NCBI GenBank assembly: GCA_964626635.1
Contig: CAZVFY010000003.1
Coordinates: 7,449 to 71,448, forward strand
Length of the DNA stretch: 64,000 nucleotides
Origin: an uncultured Candidatus Saccharibacteria bacterium
Lineage (GTDB): Bacteria; Patescibacteriota; Minisyncoccia; Phycocordibacterales; UBA918
Reading direction: 5' to 3'
Shown: piece by piece, positions 26,700 to 36,490 of the stretch
Layout of the letters: every line of letters begins with the position of its first letter
How positions within the stretch are numbered: position 1 is the first letter of the stretch
Made by a program: the position numbers and the translations under genes
The notes under the pieces: model-generated
Told to the model about the DNA's origin: nothing
The model's input: the letters and a program-made list of their open reading frames with translations, nothing else
The model's database searches: none

Positions 26700-28448
26700 A
26701 TGCTGCAATTTAATGATGACATTGCGAACAAAAAAATTGCCTCACTTCGGTTAAGTGAGACTGAGCGACGCACCGCTGCTTTAGCGGCACAATCAGGGTA
26801 CGAATACATCAATCTTCAAGGCTACACTATTAATCCTGAGGCGTTGGCAATAGTACCGGAATCGCTAGCGCGCGCCGGTGAATTTACAGCCTTTCAACTC
26901 ATACAAAAGACACTGTCGATTGGGGTCAAAGATCCGCACGCAACGAACACCAAGGCCGCTATCGCGCGTTTGCAGAACGAGGGATACACCGTTCTTATAT
27001 ATTTAGTGTCGCAAAGTAGCCTGGAACACACCTGGAAACGGTACGCTGACATTAGTAACATTTACGCTGAGAAAAAGGGTGTGTTTGAAATTAGCGCCGT
27101 TGATATCGACCGTTTAACAAAACAAATCACCACCATTGCTGATATCAGACCGCTACTTGTAGAGATAAAAACAGCCAATACCTCGTATCGGATTTCTCAG
27201 ACTCTGGAACTGCTGTTTGCTGGGGCGCTGGCGCTTGACGCATCTGATGTTCATATTGAACCCGAAGCAGAGGCAATCCGAGTTCGTTACCGATTAGACG
27301 GAGTATTGCATGATGTGGCGGAACTAGAAAAGTTCACCTACGAACGAATTATGTCTCGACTAAAATTACTGTCTGGCATGATTTTGAATAATAAAATTGC
27401 TGCCCAAGATGGACGCTTCACTTTTGATACCACAAATAAAGAAGTGGAAGTGCGCGCCTCAGTTATCCCTGGTGCGATTGGCGAGTCAATCGTCATGCGA
27501 CTACTTGATCCAACTGTCGCTAGTTTCCAAATGGCTCGATTACAACTAAACCCGCATGTCGAAGCTGTTATAGAGCGCGAGCTAAAGAAACCAAACGGGT
27601 TGATTATTACTACCGGCCCAACTGGTTCAGGAAAAACGACTGCACTTTACGCATTCTTGCAGCAAGTGCACAGTGAGGGGGTAAAAATTATTACTATTGA
27701 AAACCCCGTGGAGTACAAGTTAGACGGGATTGTTCAAACCCAAATTGGTGATGACTACACTTTCGCTTCAGGGTTGCGCGCGATCTTGCGACAAGACCCC
27801 GATGTGATTCTAGTCGGTGAGATTCGTGACCGAGAAGTCGCCGAGACCGCTTTCCATTCGGCGCAGACTGGTCACCTGGTGTTCTCTACCCTACACACCA
27901 ATAGCGCGGTCGCTGGGTTCGCGAGACTGATGGATCTAGGAGTTGACCCACGAATTTTTGGTTCATCCCTCAATATGATGCTTGGCCAACGATTAATCCG
28001 AGTATTGTGCGATGACTGCAAACAAGTACACACGCCAACTGCTACGGAGATTCGTTTAATAAAACGTATTCTTGAAACCTATCCGCACCCCGAAGAACTC
28101 CAGGCTATTAAACAAATTTACACTGCGACTGGATGCGATAAATGCGAGCGAAGTGGCTACCGCGGCCGAGTAGGAATTTACGAAGCAATTGTAATGGACG
28201 AAGCAGTCGAGGAAATTGTACTCCGTGATCCACGAGAACATATGATAAAGGAGGCTGCCTTACCTCAAGGGATACCAACTCTTGAGCAAGATGGCATTAT
28301 CAAAGTATTACAAGGTGTTACCTCACTTGCCGAACTGGAACGAGTGGTTGAATTACCACGCGAGCAAGAGTCCATGGCTATAGAAAATTCGACTACGTTT
28401 AATTCTGATGAGGAATATAATGACGATTTCCTTAGGCATGTTGTCTAA
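26700..28448 (+). CDS. GspE/PilB family pilus assembly ATPase
   Basis: ASDVHIEP, QDGRF, TGPTGSGKTT, LRQDPDVILVGEIRD, TGHLVFSTLH, CxxC...CxxC. Confidence 0.93.
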   Translation: MLQFNDDIANKKIASLRLSETERRTAALAAQSGYEYINLQGYTINPEALAIVPESLARAGEFTAFQLIQKTLSIGVKDPHATNTKAAIARLQNEGYTVLIYLVSQSSLEHTWKRYADISNIYAEKKGVFEISAVDIDRLTKQITTIADIRPLLVEIKTANTSYRISQTLELLFAGALALDASDVHIEPEAEAIRVRYRLDGVLHDVAELEKFTYERIMSRLKLLSGMILNNKIAAQDGRFTFDTTNKEVEVRASVIPGAIGESIVMRLLDPTVASFQMARLQLNPHVEAVIERELKKPNGLIITTGPTGSGKTTALYAFLQQVHSEGVKIITIENPVEYKLDGIVQTQIGDDYTFASGLRAILRQDPDVILVGEIRDREVAETAFHSAQTGHLVFSTLHTNSAVAGFARLMDLGVDPRIFGSSLNMMLGQRLIRVLCDDCKQVHTPTATEIRLIKRILETYPHPEELQAIKQIYTATGCDKCERSGYRGRVGIYEAIVMDEAVEEIVLRDPREHMIKEAALPQGIPTLEQDGIIKVLQGVTSLAELERVVELPREQESMAIENSTTFNSDEEYNDDFLRHVV

Positions 28449-28519
28449 ATTCTCTTGTCTGGGTAACGAAGTGATAAAAGGTCAATACCTAGCGTACAAA
28501 ATTCATGCTATCTTCGAAC

Positions 28520-28670
28520 TGGATCTCGAACCGATAACTCTCTAAGCAAAGCTTCCGCATTGAAAGTGAATGCCGCGCTAAGGAGACTGCGAGCGCTCTG
28601 GGTCTAAGCCTAGTGCCAGCAAGATCCTCGCAACGCACCCAAGTTGCTTAGAGAGTTATAGGTTTGAAAC
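28520..28670 (+). ncRNA. Candidate structured ncRNA (6S-like geometry, unassigned)
   Basis: Long closing stem 28526-28549/28644-28667, internal hairpins, and an extended -10 (TGcTATCTT) just upstream. Confidence 0.45.
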
Positions 28671-28832
28671 TCATTGTCGGTAGCCTATCGTTGACTACTG
28701 GAACTCTAGTCACAATTGCATGCGACGGGGAACTGCTGTAACTCAAATAAGATAGCATACTTTATATAATTGTCAACACTTTACAGTCAACCCGTGCGGT
28801 CATCTACAGATATTGTTAGAATAAGTAAGTAT

Positions 28833-29825
28833 ATGAGTAATCCCCCTATCCAACGCGATGCCACGGCAAACTTAGATCGTACCCTGCGTCCGCACTCATG
28901 GGAAGAATACGTCGGGCAAAGTAAAACTAAAGAAAATCTACGTATCCTGTTGACCGCCGCTCGAGAGCGCGGGCACGCGGCTGAACACGTTTTATTGTAC
29001 GGCCCCCCTGGCCTAGGTAAGACCACTCTAGCCAACTTAATCGCCGAGACGCTTGGCACTAACCTAAAGACTACTTCTGGTCCAGCTGTCGAAAAAGTAG
29101 CCGACTTAGCAGCCATTCTGACCAACTTAGGCCCGGGAGACGTACTATTTATTGATGAGATTCACCGCCTCAGTAAAAGCATCGAGGAAGTGCTCTATCC
29201 AGCTATGGAATCAGGCGTGCTTGATATCATTATCGGCAAAGGACCCTCGGCGCGCACCGTGCAGCTAGAGCTACCGCCATTTACGATGGTGGCAGCCACC
29301 ACCAAAGTGTCAGGTATTTCGGCGCCACTGCGATCACGGTTTTCTGGTGGTGCGTTTCGATTAGAATTTTATACCCCCGAAGAAATTGCCCACATCCTAG
29401 AACGATCAGCCGGCATTCTCGAGGTACCAGTGGCGACCGCGATGCTGCATGACATTGCGGCGCGTTGTCGAGCGACGCCGCGCACGGCGAACTATTTATT
29501 AAAGCGCTGTCGCGATCTGGCGCAACTCGACAACTCCCCGATTACGCCCGAGGTGGTCGCTCGCACCTTTGGTTTATTGGGTATCGACAGGGCGGGATTG
29601 ACCGAGAGCGATCGCGGCGTACTGCGCTATATTATCGAAAAGGTTGGTGGGGGCCCGGTTGGTTTATCAACGATCGCCGCCGCAACAGGTGAAGAGGTTA
29701 GCACTATTGAGGAAGTGATCGAGCCCTACCTCATCCGTCTCGGTTTTATCGAGCGTACACCGCGCGGTCGAATCGCTACAAGTGCCGCATATCAGCATGT
29801 AGATGAAACTGGCCGTACGACTTGA
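28833..29825 (+). CDS. ruvB: Holliday junction branch migration helicase RuvB
   Basis: LRP....YVGQ, GPPGLGKTTLA, FIDEIHRL, LYPAME, RTPRGR. Confidence 0.97.
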   Translation: MSNPPIQRDATANLDRTLRPHSWEEYVGQSKTKENLRILLTAARERGHAAEHVLLYGPPGLGKTTLANLIAETLGTNLKTTSGPAVEKVADLAAILTNLGPGDVLFIDEIHRLSKSIEEVLYPAMESGVLDIIIGKGPSARTVQLELPPFTMVAATTKVSGISAPLRSRFSGGAFRLEFYTPEEIAHILERSAGILEVPVATAMLHDIAARCRATPRTANYLLKRCRDLAQLDNSPITPEVVARTFGLLGIDRAGLTESDRGVLRYIIEKVGGGPVGLSTIAAATGEEVSTIEEVIEPYLIRLGFIERTPRGRIATSAAYQHVDETGRTT

Positions 29826-29856
29826 GTCTCGCCACACGCTGGGCTATGCTAATACT

Positions 29857-30387
29857 ATGTCGGGTCATAACAAATGGAGCAAAATAAAACACAAAAAAGC
29901 CGCGACCGATGCCGCTCGCGGTAAAGTGTTCTCGAAGCATTCCAAACTTATTACAATGGAAGTTCGCAACGCTGGTGGTGACTTTACCGTGGCAAATGTG
30001 CTTGCAGCCGTTGAACGAGCCAAACGCGACAGTATGCCAAAAGACAACATTGAGCGCGCCCTGCAAAAAGGTGCTGGGGCCGGGGCAAGTGAATTACAGT
30101 CAGTCCAGTACGAGGGTTTTGGGCCGGGTGGCGTACCGCTACTGATTAATGCTGTCACTGATAACAACAATCGGACAGCAAGCGAAATTCGGCATACGTT
30201 TAGCAAGGCTGGGTTAGAATTAGGGGCGCCTGGTTCAGCAGCTTGGGCATTTACTCGCACTGAAACCGGTTATAAACCACTCACACCGATTGAAATAACC
30301 GACGAGAAAGCTGATGCATTGGAGGTATTTATTGATGCGCTAGAAGCAAACGATGATGTGACCGAAGTATTTACCGGCGCTCAATAA
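29857..30387 (+). CDS. yebC: YebC/PmpR family protein (short form)
   Basis: MSGHNKWSKIKHKK, MPKDNIERA, YEGFGPGG, TDN.NRT. Confidence 0.93.
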   Translation: MSGHNKWSKIKHKKAATDAARGKVFSKHSKLITMEVRNAGGDFTVANVLAAVERAKRDSMPKDNIERALQKGAGAGASELQSVQYEGFGPGGVPLLINAVTDNNNRTASEIRHTFSKAGLELGAPGSAAWAFTRTETGYKPLTPIEITDEKADALEVFIDALEANDDVTEVFTGAQ

Positions 30388-30393
30388 TTGTCT

Positions 30394-30873
30394 ATGCGTG
30401 TTATCGGTATTGACCCAGGATACGACCGAGTCGGGGTCGCAGTACTAGAATACCAAATGGGACAGGAAGTGGTTCTGTTTTCTACTTGCATTGAAACTGA
30501 CCGCACCAAAACTTTAACTGCTCGCTGCGTCTTTATTGGACAACAGCTATGTTCCATTATTGAGGATCAGTGTGTGACACACCTGGCCATCGAGAGTCTT
30601 TTTTTTAATCAAAATGTTAGCACCGCCCTTAAAGTTGCCGAGGCTCGAGGAGTGATTTTATACGTTGCCTCTCTAGCTGGTTGTACCATTCACGAATTCA
30701 GTCCCCAAGCAATCAAAATCGCTATCACTGGTACTGGTAATAGTAAAAAGACTGACATTAAACGTATGTTACACCAGCTACTCCCCACCACCCCGCAACA
30801 TGCCCTTGACGACGAGTACGATGCAATTGCTATCGGTATAACCTGCCTTGCGCATCATGGGCGGGGCGCGTAA
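30394..30873 (+). CDS. ruvC: Crossover junction endodeoxyribonuclease RuvC
   Basis: IGIDPG, AIE.LFF..N, EARGV, DD..DAIA. Confidence 0.95.
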   Translation: MRVIGIDPGYDRVGVAVLEYQMGQEVVLFSTCIETDRTKTLTARCVFIGQQLCSIIEDQCVTHLAIESLFFNQNVSTALKVAEARGVILYVASLAGCTIHEFSPQAIKIAITGTGNSKKTDIKRMLHQLLPTTPQHALDDEYDAIAIGITCLAHHGRGA

Positions 30874-30906
30874 AATCGGATCGAAATTAGCGGTAAATTA
30901 TTTCTT

Positions 30907-31173
30907 ATGTCCGACGAATTAGATCCGATCACACCCGAAGAGACTGAACTCGATGACGAGGATGCTACCATCGACGACGAAGCGCTTGCTGCTGTCGACG
31001 AGGAAGAAACCGTAACCGACACTGAAGAAGAAGGATTTGGTCGGACCGATGAAAACGCAGAAGCTGATGACGAAGAAGAGGAGTCTGAAGATGATGTCGA
31101 CACCCTAGACGAGTTAGAAGAAGACGCGGAAGACGTCGATTTTGATACCTTTGATGACGTTGACGAACGGTAA
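30907..31173 (+). CDS. Small extremely acidic protein
   Basis: 88 aa with 47 D/E by manual count; co-oriented after ruvC. Confidence 0.7.
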   Translation: MSDELDPITPEETELDDEDATIDDEALAAVDEEETVTDTEEEGFGRTDENAEADDEEEESEDDVDTLDELEEDAEDVDFDTFDDVDER

Positions 31174-31192
31174 ATAGATCAGGCCCTTAGGT

Positions 31193-32431
31193 CTAATCTA
31201 TTTTCTTTAAAACCATACAAGACCGCTTCTTGCCGCGACGAATAATCTGGGAATCCGCCACCCAGTCCGTGACTTGGTCAGTTTCAGTGGTCACTGTTTT
31301 TGTACCAACCTTAACAGCTCCGGCAGTGATGAATTCTCGCGCTTCGCGTTTACTGCTGGCGAGTTCAGTCTGTACCAATAAATCCAAAATGGTTTCGCTC
31401 CCACTAACCGAGTAGGTTGGTATGGCACTGCGTAATGTTTCCACTGACAGCGCACTCAGTTCAATCTCGCCACCGCTAAACAACACGGCATTGGCAGCTT
31501 CAATTTTCTCAACCTCAAACTCACCATGCACTAGCTTCGTCACGTTCTGTGCCAAGGTTTTCTGCGCCATGCGGGCAGCCGGTTCAGCTTGCATGTTTGC
31601 TGCAATTTGTTCTACTTCAGACAATGGTAAAAACGTGAACAAACGCAAATAATCAATCACACTTTCGTCGTTCACATTAAACCAAAACTGGTAAAACTCA
31701 TAGGGTGAAGTCTTTTCTGGATCAAGCCACACGGCGTTCCCTTCACTCTTACCAAATTTTTTGCCAGTCGCTCGGTCAGTAATGAGTGGAGTGGTCAGGA
31801 CATGCACTGACGCCCCTTCTTTACGCCTCACAAGATCAACCCCGGCGACCATATTCCCCCACTGGTCCGAGCCGCCAGTTTGTAGTGTGCAGTTATGAGT
31901 TCGGTATAGCTCGAGATAGTCATACCCCTGGATGAGTGGGTACGCGAACTCGGTGTACGATAAACCAACTTCGCTTTGTAAACGGGTTGCAATCGCGTCT
32001 TTTTTAAGTAACTCGTTAACGGTGAAATGTTTACCAACATCACGTAGAAAATCAATTACCTTGATGTTCTGAAACCAGTCATAGTTATTGACTAGCGTTA
32101 CTTGCTTACCGAGTAGTCGCTCGGCTTGGGCGCGCATCTTGGTAATCCGGTTTTCAATTTCTGCCTCGTCGATCAGTGGTCGTTCACTGTCTGGTTTGGG
32201 GTCACCAATCCGACCAGTTGCACCGCCGACCAGCAACACTACCTGATGGCCGTGATCGACCAAGTGTTTGAGTAGCACCCACTGCACAAAGTTACCCGCA
32301 TGGATTGAGTCGGCCGAGGGATCAAAACCGTGGTAGACTACGCGTTTTTCCTGATCAGTGATAGCGGCAATTGATTCGGCGGTCGACTGATGGACGAAAC
32401 CACGGGCCGCGAGCTCTTCGGACAGTGTCAT
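31193..32431 (-). CDS. tyrS: Tyrosine--tRNA ligase
   Basis: GFDPSADSIHAGN, YP.IQGYD, GGSDQWGN, KFGKS, C-terminal S4 domain. Confidence 0.97.
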   Translation of the reverse strand: MTLSEELAARGFVHQSTAESIAAITDQEKRVVYHGFDPSADSIHAGNFVQWVLLKHLVDHGHQVVLLVGGATGRIGDPKPDSERPLIDEAEIENRITKMRAQAERLLGKQVTLVNNYDWFQNIKVIDFLRDVGKHFTVNELLKKDAIATRLQSEVGLSYTEFAYPLIQGYDYLELYRTHNCTLQTGGSDQWGNMVAGVDLVRRKEGASVHVLTTPLITDRATGKKFGKSEGNAVWLDPEKTSPYEFYQFWFNVNDESVIDYLRLFTFLPLSEVEQIAANMQAEPAARMAQKTLAQNVTKLVHGEFEVEKIEAANAVLFSGGEIELSALSVETLRSAIPTYSVSGSETILDLLVQTELASSKREAREFITAGAVKVGTKTVTTETDQVTDWVADSQIIRRGKKRSCMVLKKID

Positions 32432-32512
32432 AAACGAAATAATAGTAACACGCAAGCGTAGTAGACGTAACTAGACAACACTTATCCCTTTCGTGCTAGT
32501 ATTGGCATACTC

Positions 32513-34801
32513 ATGGTTAAACGCAAAAACATTCGCTGGTGGCAACTAGCGAAAAATATACTCATTGACGGCTTTATTTTTATTCTGGCTTTTTTAATTA
32601 TTGTGTTTGCCGGCATACTGATTTGGGTGTCCAGCCTCAATATTCCTGATCTGAATGCGTTCGATGAACGGCAAGTTTTACAGTCGACAAAAATTTATGA
32701 CCGTACCGGAGAAATCTTGCTGTATGACCTCCATGAAGACGTCAAGCGTACTATTATTCCACTTGAAGAAATGTCGAGACATATCAAAAACGCAACGATC
32801 GCGATTGAAGATGATCAATTTTACAATCACATCGGCGTTGATGTCCGGGCAATTGCCCGCGCCGCTGTGTCAAATCTCCAAGACGGCGATCTCCTTGGTG
32901 GACAAGGTGGTTCAACCATCACCCAACAGGTTATTAAAAATTCAATTTTAGAGAACGATAAAACCCTCACCCGAAAAGCCAAAGAGGCAATTCTTTCCAT
33001 TAAACTCGAACGTACCTTAGAAAAAGATGAAATCCTTGAGGTGTATCTTAACGAATCACCTTATGGTGGCACCATTTATGGGGTCGAAGAAGCAGCACAA
33101 ACATTCTTCGATACTTCAGCGCGCGATATTACATTAGCTGAAGCTGCTTATTTAGCTGCCCTTCCCCAGGCCCCTTCACGCCTTTCGCCATACGGTAGCA
33201 ACCGAGAACTCTTAGACAATCGTCAGCAATTAGTGCTTGAGCGTATGCGCATCAATGGTTTTATTTCGGTTGAAGAGTACGAAGAAGCATCAGCAGCCGA
33301 GGTGGAATTTGAACCGGCCGCAATTACCAGTATCAATGCACCACATTTTGTAATGCATGTGATCGAGGAACTAACCGAACGATATGACGATAAAACGTTG
33401 GCTGAACAAGGTTTACGCGTTATTACGACACTCGATTACGAACTTCAGAAATCAGCTGAGGAGATTGTCGCCAAGCGTGTGGCTGAAAACACTGAGAAGT
33501 TTAACGCCACAAACGCTGCGCTAGTAGCCACCGATCCACAAACTGGTGATGTGCTAGTGATGGTGGGTTCACGGGACTATTTTGATGAAGAAAACGACGG
33601 TAATTTTAATGTAGCTAAAGCCAACCGCCAACCAGGGTCTTCCATCAAACCGTTTGTGTACGCAAACGCCTGGCGTAAAGGGTATCTTCCAAACACAATC
33701 CTATTTGATGTACCCACGCAATTTTCTCCCGCCTGTGAACCGTGGGAAATCACGTCCGAATCACCGTGTTATGCACCCCGTAATTATAATAATCAATTTG
33801 TAGGGCCAATTTCTATGCGTAACGCACTCGCTCAATCACTCAACATTCCAGCCGTCAAAACACTTTACTTGGCTGGTCTAGACGATACTGTGCAATTCGC
33901 TACGGAAATGGGGTTGACGACACTGACGGATACTGAACGGTATGGCCTTACCTTGGTGCTGGGTGGTGGTGAGGTGCGTCTACTGGATATGACGCACGCA
34001 TACGGCGTATTTGCTAACGAAGGAGTTCGAGCCGAGCCACGTAGCATTTTAAAGGTTGAGGATGTGAACGGTGAAACCATCGAGGATATGACCGAGATAA
34101 CATCAAGGCGAGTCTTAGATGAGAACACTGCCCGAATGGTGAGTGATGTGCTGTCAGATAATGTTGCTCGGGCGCCATTATGGGGTGCGTTTTCGCTCGT
34201 TAATTTTGCCGACCGTGATGTTGCACTTAAATCAGGCAGTACCAATGATTTACGTGACGCTTGGATTATGGGGTACACCCCTAACCTGGCCGTTGGAGCA
34301 TGGGTGGGAAATAATGACAACGCTACGATGGGTGGAGGATTGTCTGGGCTTATTACTACTCCAATGTGGCGTGAATTTATGGATGTCGCCCTCTCTGATC
34401 TCGAGTCACAAACGTTCACTCAGCCCCAAATCAACACTAGCGGCGTCAAACCAGTCGTCCGTGGACAATACTTGCGCCTAGCCGACCTCTCGAACGCCTC
34501 TGGCACGAATGCTCTCGACCTCGCTGCCCCGTACCGAAATATCAATAATATCCTGCACTACGTAATCAAATCAGATCCCAACGGACCACTACCTAACAAC
34601 CCCGCCAGTGACCCCGCTTACGACAACTGGCAGTATGGTGTGCGTCAGTGGGTAGAAACCACGTACGGCCCCCTTATCAGCGCGCTCGAAGCTAGTGCCG
34701 CTGCGACCGCCGCCCTGGAAGAATTAGAACAAGAGGTAGCTGATCAAGAAGATGATGAGAATGAGAGTGAGCGCTCAACACGCCGCCGCCTGCGCGACTA
34801 G
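32513..34801 (+). CDS. Class A penicillin-binding protein (transglycosylase + transpeptidase)
   Basis: EDDQFY.H.G, GGSTITQQ, RK.KE; SSIK (SxxK), SLN (SxN), KSG. Confidence 0.95.
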   Translation: MVKRKNIRWWQLAKNILIDGFIFILAFLIIVFAGILIWVSSLNIPDLNAFDERQVLQSTKIYDRTGEILLYDLHEDVKRTIIPLEEMSRHIKNATIAIEDDQFYNHIGVDVRAIARAAVSNLQDGDLLGGQGGSTITQQVIKNSILENDKTLTRKAKEAILSIKLERTLEKDEILEVYLNESPYGGTIYGVEEAAQTFFDTSARDITLAEAAYLAALPQAPSRLSPYGSNRELLDNRQQLVLERMRINGFISVEEYEEASAAEVEFEPAAITSINAPHFVMHVIEELTERYDDKTLAEQGLRVITTLDYELQKSAEEIVAKRVAENTEKFNATNAALVATDPQTGDVLVMVGSRDYFDEENDGNFNVAKANRQPGSSIKPFVYANAWRKGYLPNTILFDVPTQFSPACEPWEITSESPCYAPRNYNNQFVGPISMRNALAQSLNIPAVKTLYLAGLDDTVQFATEMGLTTLTDTERYGLTLVLGGGEVRLLDMTHAYGVFANEGVRAEPRSILKVEDVNGETIEDMTEITSRRVLDENTARMVSDVLSDNVARAPLWGAFSLVNFADRDVALKSGSTNDLRDAWIMGYTPNLAVGAWVGNNDNATMGGGLSGLITTPMWREFMDVALSDLESQTFTQPQINTSGVKPVVRGQYLRLADLSNASGTNALDLAAPYRNINNILHYVIKSDPNGPLPNNPASDPAYDNWQYGVRQWVETTYGPLISALEASAAATAALEELEQEVADQEDDENESERSTRRRLRD

Positions 34802-35064
34802 CTAATCCGCTTGGGGGCATTATCGGGCCCGAGTATTTCACGAAGCAATCCAATGATTCGCTCTTCCTTGCGTTTTATTTCTGTTCGCAATAAGGCTGGT
34901 GTATGAAGCGTGATGGTTCGGGTAGCCGGCACGTACAACACTGATTGGGGTGTGATGTCTAGGTGACAGAATTTTTGGATTGCTTTGACACACTCTTCTT
35001 CAACGTGTTTTTGTGGTGGCCGCAGCGTCAGCGCGTATTTCTGGAATAACTTGCTAATGTGCAT
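34798..35064 (-). CDS. Small protein, possibly DciA/DUF721-like
   Basis: Directly downstream of dnaN; L..EI....E.II..L pattern; family call is inference. Confidence 0.5.
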   Translation of the reverse strand: MHISKLFQKYALTLRPPQKHVEEECVKAIQKFCHLDITPQSVLYVPATRTITLHTPALLRTEIKRKEERIIGLLREILGPDNAPKRIS

Positions 35065-35065
35065 A

Positions 35066-36160
35066 TTAGCGGTTCATCGGCATTACCAAATAACGCACCG
35101 TAGCGCTCCCCTTTGGACTAATCACTAGCGGCCGACCGATCCCGGCAAACCGTAACTCGAGCGTGTCACCCACAAAGTGCTGCAGTGACTCCACCAAATA
35201 CTGCTGGTTGAAATTAAGCGATAACTCTTCCCCGTCAACGGCCGCATTAATCGTATCAGTGGTCTGCCCCACGTCGGCGTTCTGCGCCGACACCGTCAGT
35301 GACTGTTCACCAATTACCAAGGCTACTTGACGGAATTTATTTAAAAAGATATTGGTTTTTTTAGTTGATTGCTGGAAATCGGCCTTGAGGATATCTACAG
35401 TAGTGACGAATTCTTTAGGGATGATCTGCTCGTAGTCTGGAAATGTTCCAGTCACTAAGCGACTGGCAATGTAAGTCCCGTCAGACCAGCGCAACGCGCA
35501 TTGACTGTCGCTAATGCCTAATTTTGGATCATCGGATTTTAGGTCACACACCCGAGCCAATTCTAAGGCATTCTTTTGCGGCACCATAAGCGATGTCTCG
35601 AACTGCAACCCTGGCTGTGACACAGTCCGCTCCATTAACCGAAACGAGTCTGTCGCCACAAAAGTAAGAGTATCACTTTGTGACTGCTGGATGAACACAC
35701 TACCTAACTCCGGCTTGATTGATGTCTGAGAGGCCGCAAAGGCCACGCTCTTGATCCCTTCGGCGAACAACCTCCCTTTAATTTGTAGCGGTACGTCAGT
35801 GATTTGCTGTAGATTAGGGAACTCATCAGCGGCAAATAATTTGATCGAGGTATTGGAGGTGGTTGTCTCGATTTGCAATGTGTCCCCTTCAGTCCGCAGA
35901 GTAATGTCTGACCCTGACACAAACTGAATACTTTGCAGGAACGTAATAGCGGGGATCGCGATCACCCCCTCACTGACGACCGTACCCGAGAGCGGCACCA
36001 TCACCGATAGTTCCAGGTTCGTTGCCTGAATTGTGATATCACTACCTTTTGCTTCGAGCAGTACACACTGTAAAACAGGGAGGGTTGGATGCTTGCTGGT
36101 GATTCTCGAGACCAGCTCAAGCGCATTCGTTAATTCACTGTGGAGAAGGGTTAGTTCCAT
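35066..36160 (-). CDS. dnaN: DNA polymerase III beta clamp
   Basis: ATNLE, VATDSFRL, G.FPDY.QIIP, FN..YL, YLVMPM. Confidence 0.97.
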   Translation of the reverse strand: MELTLLHSELTNALELVSRITSKHPTLPVLQCVLLEAKGSDITIQATNLELSVMVPLSGTVVSEGVIAIPAITFLQSIQFVSGSDITLRTEGDTLQIETTTSNTSIKLFAADEFPNLQQITDVPLQIKGRLFAEGIKSVAFAASQTSIKPELGSVFIQQSQSDTLTFVATDSFRLMERTVSQPGLQFETSLMVPQKNALELARVCDLKSDDPKLGISDSQCALRWSDGTYIASRLVTGTFPDYEQIIPKEFVTTVDILKADFQQSTKKTNIFLNKFRQVALVIGEQSLTVSAQNADVGQTTDTINAAVDGEELSLNFNQQYLVESLQHFVGDTLELRFAGIGRPLVISPKGSATVRYLVMPMNR

Positions 36161-36164
36161 ATCT

Positions 36165-36460
36165 TTCTTTATACCTTATTTCTTCTTTATTATTAGTGCT
36201 GGGGATAGGGGTATAACTTGATTGTGTGCAAAATAGTAAAGCTATTCTCGTCCCCAATACCCACCGTTTAGGGTGTATTGTTCGGAACCAGGCGCGAACT
36301 ACATGGGGGTAAGTATACCGTATTAGTGGTCAGCTGGGTATAAACAGGACTTATTCGACCAGCTTCCCCACCTCGGCTGTAGCACTACACACACGGTAGT
36401 GCACAGCCTCGCCCAGTGTCTATCCACTTGTACATTGGCAGTTGTTGTATACATAAAAAA
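36165..36460. other. oriC candidate (dnaA-dnaN spacer)
   Basis: Degenerate DnaA boxes (TGGGGATAG 36200, GGGGTATAA 36208, TGGGTATAA 36335, CTATCCACT 36420) next to an AT-rich tract at 36161-36197. Confidence 0.7.
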
Positions 36461-36490
36461 ATCCCGCTAATGCGGCGGGATTTTTTATTT
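36456..36490 (-). terminator. Terminator after dnaA
   Basis: AAAAATCCCGC..GCGGGATTTTT hairpin. Confidence 0.7.

Noticed and set aside
23761-30387. Reduced PolA proofreading region and short YebC as novelties
   Set aside because: Streamlined versions are common in reduced genomes; the frames and key motifs are intact.
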